From Gemmatimonadales bacterium (GTDB lineage Bacteria; Gemmatimonadota; Gemmatimonadetes; Gemmatimonadales; GWC2-71-9), in NCBI GenBank assembly GCA_039794085.1, contig JBDIWC010000045.1:1-30194 (forward strand): a DNA stretch of 30,194 nt. The letters are read 5' to 3'. The notes under the pieces were generated by a model. The model worked only from the letters and a program-made list of their open reading frames with translations, searched no databases and had not been told where the DNA came from. The translations under genes and the position numbers were made by a program. Below, one piece after another: positions 23,383-30,194 of the stretch. Positions within the stretch are counted from its first letter, which is position 1. Each line of letters opens with the position of its first letter.

Positions 23383-24052
23383 CCAGTCCGAAGGCCAGAA
23401 CCGGATGGAACCGGGCCAGGGATTCGTCGTTGATCGCCTGTTGAATCTCCTCCCGCTCCCGGGCCACCTCGGCGTCGAAAATCGCCCGTTCCGTTCCCGT
23501 GAGCGGGGAGGTGCCCGTCAGGGAGGCCTGCGGAGTTCCGTGGAATGCCACGCCCAGATCCACACTGAAAGCCACACTGCTCTGGCCGACGTAGCCGATC
23601 CCGGCATAGGGGGAGACCCTGCGCACCCGGATTCGACCGTCGAGGCGCCCGATATCGCCTGGCTGGAAAGTCTGGTTTCCGATGGTGACGGGTCCCGAGG
23701 GGACCGCGACGATGTCGATGCGGTTCCGGTTGATCACCGCACCGCCGGTGATCCGGAATCCACCGGAAAAGGGATGCAGATCGAGCAGAACGGTTCCGTT
23801 GCGGAGGCGGGGGCGGATGTCGTAATCGATTCCCTCGATCCCCGAAGAGCGGGAGAAGGAAAAGAATTGCGCACCCCCGCGGACTGCCACGAGCGAGGCA
23901 AGGCGCACTGCAAGTTCTCCCCCCGCCCCCAGAGTGGAGGCCTTGGCCGCCACCGACACGGAGGTCTGGGCCTGGGCGGGCGGGGACAACGCAAGTGCCG
24001 ACAGGCAAAGGATCAACGACTTTGATCCGGCAACGACGGGGTGCGGGCGCAT
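23369..24052 (-). CDS. Outer-membrane beta-barrel protein
   Basis: Signal peptide; 'STLGAGGE', 'LLDLHPF.GGFRITGG', 'PYAGIGY'; amphipathic terminal strand. Confidence 0.75.
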   Translation of the reverse strand: MRPHPVVAGSKSLILCLSALALSPPAQAQTSVSVAAKASTLGAGGELAVRLASLVAVRGGAQFFSFSRSSGIEGIDYDIRPRLRNGTVLLDLHPFSGGFRITGGAVINRNRIDIVAVPSGPVTIGNQTFQPGDIGRLDGRIRVRRVSPYAGIGYVGQSSVAFSVDLGVAFHGTPQASLTGTSPLTGTERAIFDAEVAREREEIQQAINDESLARFHPVLAFGLVIRL

Positions 24053-24136
24053 GGAATATCCTCCTCGGTGTTCGGCCCTCAGGAACGGGGGCCCGGGCTC
24101 GGGGTCCCTTCACCGAGGGGCAACTCCGGGGCCAGT

Positions 24137-25078
24137 TTATTCCATGTCCCCGGGCATGGGGAGGGACACCAGCAGTGCCGTGACAAGCAGGAGGGCGAGG
24201 GTCAGGCCGAGCTCCACGGCGGTGGTGCGCCGGAGGGCCCGGGTGCCCGCGTCGGATCCGAGGCGGGGGCGAAGGACTCGCCAGTTCCTGGCGCCGGCGG
24301 CGGCAATCCCTCCCACGAACAGGACCTTCACCAGGAGGGTGCGGCCGTATCCGCTCCCGACCCACGCCGAGGGGGACCATCCAATGTACTGGAGGGAGAG
24401 GATCAGTCCGGCACCAATGGTGGTAGCCCCCGCCACCAGCGCGACCGGGCTGAACGCGTGGACCAGCCCCGCCACGGTGCGGGCCCTGTCCGCCTGATCG
24501 AGTCCGAGCCCGGACCAGAATCCCGCCACGGCGAGAACCAGCAGCGTGCCGATCCAGGAGCTCCCACCGAGGACATGGAGGAGATCCACCGGATATCCGA
24601 TGGCTCCGGCCTCGGTGCTTCCGGCGGCATGTCCGGTCAGGGGCGCCGCAAAGACGATCAGGCTGGAACCGAAGGCCGGAAGGAAACGCATGAGAGGGGT
24701 TCGCAGGGTGCCGAAAAGGTGAGCGGCCGCGCCGAGCATCCCGGCCAGAATCTGCGCCATCCATCCCTGTCCCCAGGTTGTTTCCCGGAGCACGTAGTCC
24801 GCGAGACTCCAGTCCACCGGCTCCCCCGGTTCCCCGAGGGTGGTGAGCTGGACGTAGCCCCGAAGGAGTCCGGCCAGGACCACGAGAAGTCCGCCCAGGA
24901 CCCCGAGCCAGGTGGCGCGATTCCGCATCATGGTGAGGGCGGTGGCGGGAAGTTGCCACTTCCGCTCCGCCGTGGGCAATACGGCGGTACGGGTCACCGC
25001 CGCTCCCACCAGGAGGAATATCCCGAGGTAGTGCCCGCCCCGTCCGAGGATCCCGAGGGCGGACCAGAGGTCGCTCAC
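24137..25078 (-). CDS. copD: CopD family copper resistance/uptake membrane protein
   Basis: 'LTGHA', 'HVLGGSSWIG', 'FSPVAL', 'YGRTLLVK', 'AVELG'; GTG overlaps the copC stop codon. Confidence 0.88.
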   Translation of the reverse strand: MSDLWSALGILGRGGHYLGIFLLVGAAVTRTAVLPTAERKWQLPATALTMMRNRATWLGVLGGLLVVLAGLLRGYVQLTTLGEPGEPVDWSLADYVLRETTWGQGWMAQILAGMLGAAAHLFGTLRTPLMRFLPAFGSSLIVFAAPLTGHAAGSTEAGAIGYPVDLLHVLGGSSWIGTLLVLAVAGFWSGLGLDQADRARTVAGLVHAFSPVALVAGATTIGAGLILSLQYIGWSPSAWVGSGYGRTLLVKVLFVGGIAAAGARNWRVLRPRLGSDAGTRALRRTTAVELGLTLALLLVTALLVSLPMPGDME

Positions 25079-25464
25079 GGGGTGACGGTGAAGTCGATGT
25101 GTCCCCGGATCACGTGCCCATCCTCGCTCGCGGTCCTCCACCGGATCCGGTAGGCCCCCGCGGGCAAGGGGTCGGGCACGGCTGCCGCGACCGACACCAC
25201 GGTGTCCGAGCCCACCACGGAGCCCATCGGGCGCCGGGTGCTGTCGGGGCCGATGGTCCAGAGCGCGATTCCACTGAGCCGGGGGATGGCGCGTTCTGCA
25301 AACCAGAGCCGGATGGTGTCGGGCGACGCCGCGAGCACCTCGGCGGCTGCGGGACTGCTCTTCACCAGATGGTTGTGCCACCGCGCCGCGCCAGCCAGGA
25401 CCGGGACAAGGAGCGTGAGGGCCATCAGGGCGGGCCAGGAGCGGGAACGGCGAGTGCGGGTCAT
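25075..25464 (-). CDS. copC: CopC periplasmic copper-binding protein
   Basis: Signal peptide, then HNHLVKSSP...Y.IRWRTASEDGHVIRG...FTV. Confidence 0.9.
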   Translation of the reverse strand: MTRTRRSRSWPALMALTLLVPVLAGAARWHNHLVKSSPAAAEVLAASPDTIRLWFAERAIPRLSGIALWTIGPDSTRRPMGSVVGSDTVVSVAAAVPDPLPAGAYRIRWRTASEDGHVIRGHIDFTVTP

Positions 25465-26279
25465 GCCGGGGTCCTTTCCGTGATCGGAGTTGCGGGGACG
25501 GTGGAGCGGTCCTCCCGTTCCTCCGCCGCGTGCCACCTGAAGAAGACGACCGCCATGGCGATCCAGATCAGGGGATCACCCACCGCCTTCATCAGCAACC
25601 CGGCCGTCTGCTGGTCGGCGGCGGCGGTGATGCCACCCACCCGGGGGGCCAGCTCATAGAGGGCGTAGATCGGGTAGGTGGCGAAGGTGAGGAAGGCGGC
25701 GGGGATGGTCGGGGGAATGGTGGCCACGAAGAGATAGAGCATCTGCAGGGGAGGCCCGATCCGCTGCACCGGGGGCGGGGCGATCACCGGCCACCAGAGG
25801 GCCGCCCCCGCCAGGAGCCAGAGGGCGTCGATGAGGAAGTTCCCCCATTGCGACGGCATGAGTCCATCAACCACCGCGGGCAGATGGGTGGCGAAGAGAA
25901 TCCCGTTGAACACCAGGAGGGCCGCCCAGGGCCGGGCCACGTGATGGATCCAGGGGGGAAGGGTCTCGGCCCGCGCGGCCACGGCGGGGCGGATCCCGAG
26001 GAGAAGGAGGGGGGCGGCGAGCATGGCGATGAGCAGGAACTGGATGGTGTGCACCGTCACCAGATACCCGGCCCCGAGTGCCCCCAGGGGCCAGTCGAGC
26101 GCGAGCCAGAGCAGGGCGACCCCCGCGGGCATCGCGAACGCCGCCCCGCCCCGCCGGTGGGCCCGGGGGATGGTCAGGACCCACGCGGCCGCGATGGTGG
26201 CGAGGAAGAGCCAGACTCCCGGGTACGGCTGCCAGGTCCAGGTCCAGGCGGCTCCCGTGGCGGCGCACCACCAGGTCAC
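25461..26279 (-). CDS. ctaG: Cytochrome c oxidase assembly protein, Caa3_CtaG family
   Basis: 'HTIQFLL...APLLLLG', 'THLP', 'WWPVI', 'DQQTAGLLM'. Confidence 0.85.
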   Translation of the reverse strand: MTWWCAATGAAWTWTWQPYPGVWLFLATIAAAWVLTIPRAHRRGGAAFAMPAGVALLWLALDWPLGALGAGYLVTVHTIQFLLIAMLAAPLLLLGIRPAVAARAETLPPWIHHVARPWAALLVFNGILFATHLPAVVDGLMPSQWGNFLIDALWLLAGAALWWPVIAPPPVQRIGPPLQMLYLFVATIPPTIPAAFLTFATYPIYALYELAPRVGGITAAADQQTAGLLMKAVGDPLIWIAMAVVFFRWHAAEEREDRSTVPATPITERTPA

Positions 26280-26743
26280 GGAATGCCCTCCTCGGTCGGG
26301 GGGACGTCACCGTAGGCGATCACAGGAACGCGGACCGTTCGCTCGCCATCCGAGGCGAACTCAAACGTTAGATCAACTGAGTCACCGGGAGAGAGGGTTC
26401 CCGTCAGGGCCATGAGCATCAGGTGCAGCCCTCCCGGCTCGAGACGCGTGGTCCCGGGTGGGATGGAGAGCCGTTCGACGGGCACCATGCGGACCATGCC
26501 GCCCTCCGGCACCTGGCGGTGCAGGTGAACCATGCCCGCCCTGGGGGAGCGGATCACGAGGAGGGTGTCGTCGAGGGGACTGCGGTTGTCGATCGTCACG
26601 TACCCGGCGGCCTCGGACCCCGCGGCGGGCGCGTACACGAAACCGCCGGTAAGGCGCAGGACGACGTTCGGTGTCACGTCCTCTCCGGCGCAGGCGGCGA
26701 AGAGGAAAATCGGGGCCGCGAATCGCACGAGGCGGCGAATCAT
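26276..26743 (-). CDS. Copper chaperone PCu(A)C
   Basis: 'AAGYVTIDN', H-x6-GM.RM, 'LEPGGLHLML'. Confidence 0.9.
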   Translation of the reverse strand: MIRRLVRFAAPIFLFAACAGEDVTPNVVLRLTGGFVYAPAAGSEAAGYVTIDNRSPLDDTLLVIRSPRAGMVHLHRQVPEGGMVRMVPVERLSIPPGTTRLEPGGLHLMLMALTGTLSPGDSVDLTFEFASDGERTVRVPVIAYGDVPPTEEGIP

Positions 26744-27378
26744 CGCCCGGTGCCGGGCCACCGTTCGAGGAGAAGGGGAAGGTCGTGGGCCCAGTCCTCC
26801 TGGCGGATGCCCCAGGGATACATCGAGTGGGCCAGGTTGTCCGGGGCGTAGGCGATGACCTGGGCCGCATGACCGATCAGGTACTCACCTGGTGGTGTCG
26901 TGACCGTGGTGTCGCGAAAGGCGGGCTGCACCCGGGCCGCGACCTGGGCCAACCGGATCGATTCGGGTGATCCGGTGAGGGCGATGAATCGGGGGTCGAA
27001 GCCGGCGAGCCATTCGCGCAGGCGCTCGGGGGTGTCGCGTTCGGGGTCCGTGGTGACGAACACCACCTTGATCCGTTCGGTCACCAGGTTGGGCAACTGC
27101 TTCATGACCCGCCCCAGGTTGGCCATGTGCACCGGGCAGACGTCGGGGCAGTGGGTGTAACCAAAGAAGAGGAGGGTGAGGTCCCCGTTGGTCTCCTGGC
27201 GGAAATCGAACGGGGCGCCGTCGAGCGTCAGGAGCGTGAAGTCCGGCTTCGGGAGCGGGGTGGCGAGCTCGGGTCCGCGGAGGGCCTCGGGGGCCTGGGA
27301 CGGCGGAGGGGATCCCTGGCATCCGGCGAGGATCGTTACAGACATGAGGGCGGATAGTAACCGGGTGGCGTGTGGCAT
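26740..27378 (-). CDS. SCO1/SenC family lipoprotein
   Basis: Lipobox LAGC; FGYTHCPDVCP; DPERDTPE; conserved His in YLIGH. Confidence 0.93.
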   Translation of the reverse strand: MPHATRLLSALMSVTILAGCQGSPPPSQAPEALRGPELATPLPKPDFTLLTLDGAPFDFRQETNGDLTLLFFGYTHCPDVCPVHMANLGRVMKQLPNLVTERIKVVFVTTDPERDTPERLREWLAGFDPRFIALTGSPESIRLAQVAARVQPAFRDTTVTTPPGEYLIGHAAQVIAYAPDNLAHSMYPWGIRQEDWAHDLPLLLERWPGTGR

Positions 27379-27448
27379 GGTGCTAAATTTAACCGCGTCG
27401 AGCCCCGGTGGACGACCTGGAGTTCTTTCCTCCCGGCAGGTGAATGTC

Positions 27449-29038
27449 ATGGTTCTCAGTGGATGTTGCATCCTCTCCCGTGCTCTCCTCCCCCTCTCCC
27501 TTGCCCTGACAGGCCCTGGACGGGAACTCCCGGCTCAGGAGGGAGCTCCGAGAGTGGTCATCTTCCTCGCGGTCGATCAGCTTCGGCCCGATTATCTCGT
27601 GAGGTATGGCGACGAGCTCATGGGGGGGCTGGCCTGGATCGCCCGGGAGGGAACGCTGTACCTGCGCGGCGAGCAGGACCACGGGGTGACCGAAACCGCC
27701 CCCGGGCATTCGACGATGCTCTCCGGCCGGTCCCCCGCGTCGACCGGGATCGTCTCCAACGAGCGCGGTGTGGGGGATCCCTCCTTCCCCCTTCTCGGCG
27801 TGCGCGGGTCGGGGGCATCACCGTTGCGCTTCCGGGGCACCACCCTGTTCGACTGGATGCTCCGCCGTGATTCGGCCCTGCGGGTGCTCTCGGTGTCCCT
27901 CAAGGATCGGGGGGCGATTCTCCCGATCGGGAGGGCGCGGGTGCCGGTGTTCTGGTACCAGAGCGGGATCTTCACGACCAGCCGGTACTACGCCGACACT
28001 CTGCCCGCCTGGGTTCGGGACTTCAACGCGCGCCGCAGCGTCCCGCGCGCCGCCGGCTGGCAGTGGGAGCCCACTCTCCCCGCCTCACGGTATGCCGAAC
28101 CCGATTCCCAGCCCTGGCTGCGGGAGGGACGGGAGACGGCATTCCCCCACTCGTTACCCGTCGATTCCGCCGTCCTCGTCGAGCGATTCCGGATCACTCC
28201 GCTGGCCGATTCGGTGACGCTGGCGCTGGCCCTGGCCGGCGTGGACGCGCTGGGCATCGGCCAGCGCCCCCGAGGGGGAACCGACCTCCTTTCCATCTCC
28301 CTCTCCGCCACGGACATCATCGGGCACCGCTACGGCCCCGACTCCCGGGAGATCCACGACCAGGTCCTCCGACTCGATCGGTACCTGGGAGAGTTCTTCG
28401 ACTCGCTGGCGCGGATGGTGCCGCGGGACCGTTGGCTCGTGGCTCTCACGGCGGACCATGGGGTCACGTCACTTCCCGAAGTCGCAATCAGTCAGGGAAG
28501 ATCCGGTGGACGGGTGTCGTTCTCCCCGTTGGCGCGGGAAACGGCGCGGGCCCTCGAGGCACGGTTCCGGGTGCCGCTGGGTTTTTTTCACGACAACGGC
28601 CTCCTGATGGCCGACACGGCGGCGATCGGGGCCCGCGGCATGAATGTCGACAGTCTGGCGGAGGCGCTGCGGGAGCGGGCCCGGGAGTTGCCCGGCGTGA
28701 GGGAGGTCTTCACCCCACGGGGGCTTGCTGCCTCCCGCACCCTCGAGGCCCATCGCTGGAAGCGGACCATCCCGCCCGGGACCGGCTGGTTGCTGGCCGG
28801 GGTTCCGCGGGAGGGATACGTCTGGGCGTTACTCCCGGACGTGGCGATGCACGGGACGATCAATCCCGAGGATGTGCTGGTGCCGATCGCGTTCGTGGGG
28901 AAGGGAATTCCCGCCGCCACGCCGGATCGGGTGGTCCGCACGGTGGACATCGGGCCGACACTGGCGGCCCTGCTCGGCCTCACGCCGACGGAACGGGTCG
29001 AGGGGATCCCGCTGCCCGAGGTGGTGAGGCGGCGGTAG
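27449..29038 (+). CDS. Alkaline phosphatase superfamily protein (PafA/NPP-like)
   Basis: VDQLRPDY, TETAPGHST, SLKDRGAI, DIIGH.YGPDS, TADHG, HGT. Confidence 0.9.
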   Translation: MVLSGCCILSRALLPLSLALTGPGRELPAQEGAPRVVIFLAVDQLRPDYLVRYGDELMGGLAWIAREGTLYLRGEQDHGVTETAPGHSTMLSGRSPASTGIVSNERGVGDPSFPLLGVRGSGASPLRFRGTTLFDWMLRRDSALRVLSVSLKDRGAILPIGRARVPVFWYQSGIFTTSRYYADTLPAWVRDFNARRSVPRAAGWQWEPTLPASRYAEPDSQPWLREGRETAFPHSLPVDSAVLVERFRITPLADSVTLALALAGVDALGIGQRPRGGTDLLSISLSATDIIGHRYGPDSREIHDQVLRLDRYLGEFFDSLARMVPRDRWLVALTADHGVTSLPEVAISQGRSGGRVSFSPLARETARALEARFRVPLGFFHDNGLLMADTAAIGARGMNVDSLAEALRERARELPGVREVFTPRGLAASRTLEAHRWKRTIPPGTGWLLAGVPREGYVWALLPDVAMHGTINPEDVLVPIAFVGKGIPAATPDRVVRTVDIGPTLAALLGLTPTERVEGIPLPEVVRRR

Positions 29039-29160
29039 GGTAGTGCGGGGGGTCCCCTGCCCGGCAGGGGGGTGATTGTCCCGGTGTGCAGATCCGGACG
29101 CGTGAGGCGTCCGTATCCTCTGTACCGTGACATCAATGACTCGATGAAGGAGGTGTGACC

Positions 29161-29577
29161 ATGTCGGCCTGTTGGGACCGAGTGGCCAGGACCAGCGGCG
29201 AGCTCTGGCGCTGGCTCGAGGAGTGTCGTCTGGGCTTCACCCGTCCGGTGGCGGCCCGCGTGTTGGGGTACGACTCCGGCGATGCGCATGACGAATCCCT
29301 CCGCGGGCGCAATCTGCCGCCGTTCACGCTTCTCCGCGACTGGGTCTATGTGGTGCTCCTGCTGGAGCGGGAGGAGCGGGGGGAGCCCACCCTCCACCGG
29401 TGGGTTCGGCGCCGGAACGGGGACCCCTCGATGTACTACCGGTTTGTCAAGAGGGTGACACGGCTTCCCTGGCGGGAGGTAAAGAAACGGGGCTCGCTCT
29501 GGGCGCGCCGGGAGGCGTGCCGGATGTGGGGCCCGTATCTTGCTCCTCCCTCCCCCGGGGGAACCAGAAAAACATGA
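29161..29577 (+). CDS. Hypothetical protein, possibly a degenerate AraC-like HTH
   Basis: AAGGAGGT RBS; 'LPPFTLLRDW...DPSMYYRFVKRVT.LPW.EV' loosely resembles an AraC C-terminal domain. Confidence 0.45.
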   Translation: MSACWDRVARTSGELWRWLEECRLGFTRPVAARVLGYDSGDAHDESLRGRNLPPFTLLRDWVYVVLLLEREERGEPTLHRWVRRRNGDPSMYYRFVKRVTRLPWREVKKRGSLWARREACRMWGPYLAPPSPGGTRKT

Positions 29578-29781
29578 CTCAAAAGAGTCATAACACGTTG
29601 CGGGCGTTCAGGCCATATTGCGAAGGAGTGCTGTTGGCCGTCGTGTCAATCGGGAGAGCGGTGGACATGATTATCGAGAGCGGTGGAATCCGGAGATTGA
29701 GCGCTGCATGGGCCCTTGCCACGGGTCCTTCGGACCCTCGCAATGATGGCCTACTCCCTACTCCCGACTCCCCATTCCCTC

Positions 29782-29815
29782 TTCCCTAAGCCGGCAGAGC
29801 CGGAACCAAAGAGGC
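29782..29815. repeat. Dispersed repeat module C, second copy
   Basis: Matches 203-236. Confidence 0.9.
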
Positions 29816-30085
29816 TTACACACTCGGAGCCACAGATACTGCCCGGGTATGCTCGCGGTCTGCGGGGTTCCTACTCCCAAGACCAGATGCGGCCCGACAC
29901 CTGGCCTTCGTGGTCCGGTGTGCCTCCCTCCGCGGTCTCGTTCGGGTGGGTTCAGAGGCCCTGCCCCGTCACGGCGCGCAGCGACTCGAGTCCACCAGAC
30001 GCTTTACTGTTGGGCTCCTCAGGCTTTGGCAGGGGTTCCTGTCCAGCCGGAGCACCTCTACCTCTCCCCCCCCCCCCAGAGCCAA

Positions 30086-30186
30086 CCACAAGAAGCACAA
30101 AAGGCACAAAACCTCTCCCCCCCCTGGTGGCAGAGGGGCGTGCCTCTTGTGACTTCTGTGCTTTTTGTGGCCATTCCCCTCGCCCG
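30086..30186. repeat. Inverted CACAA-type repeat pair containing module A
   Basis: CCACAAGAAGCACAAAAGGCACAAAA (30086-30111) is a 22/26 inverted match to 30145-30170; 30140-30180 is identical to 34-74. Confidence 0.85.
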
Positions 30187-30194
30187 CCTGACCA

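Noticed and set aside
23298..24959. 553-aa minus-strand ORF and 370-aa plus-strand ORF
   Set aside because: Arg/Pro/Gly-rich off-frame shadows of copD and the OMP gene.
29574..29591. Palindrome ATGACTC-AAAA-GAGTCAT
   Set aside because: Single short inverted repeat; it could be an operator, but there is no second copy or other support.

Overview
High-GC bacterial chromosomal window; the gene content (RCC1/Big-1 lipoprotein, PafA-like phosphatase, Sco-PCuAC-CtaG-CopCD cluster) suggests Gemmatimonadota, but this is inference only. A five-tRNA operon (His, Trp, Glu, Glu, Lys) at 2447-2889 is followed by a 12,951-bp element integrated in tRNA-Lys(CTT). The element is bounded by an exact 45-bp att duplication (2847-2891 / 15798-15842), with paired TATCCATAG arm-type sites near both ends. 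All of its genes are on the + strand: excisionase, an IS630-type HTH fused to an RHH-like domain, a candidate PCNA/gp45-like sliding clamp, a tandem winged-helix replication-initiator-like protein followed by iterons, two paralogous HC3 zinc-finger proteins, a second repeat cluster, a TerS-like/coiled-coil block, an Imm5-like fusion, cassette-like membrane-protein cargo with a degenerate attC-like spacer, a promoter-driven small-gene operon and a tyrosine integrase. I recognise no capsid, large terminase, primase/helicase, relaxase or T4SS, so it looks like an unusual satellite-like integrative element and is the best candidate for a novel system here. Right of the island lie housekeeping genes (aminotransferase, galE, nitrilase-family hydrolase plus GNAT, a broken cation:proton antiporter, XRE-HTH plus MutS-V ATPase, an OMP, a copper-assembly operon and an alkaline phosphatase). 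Modular non-coding repeats are shared between the two ends of the window.
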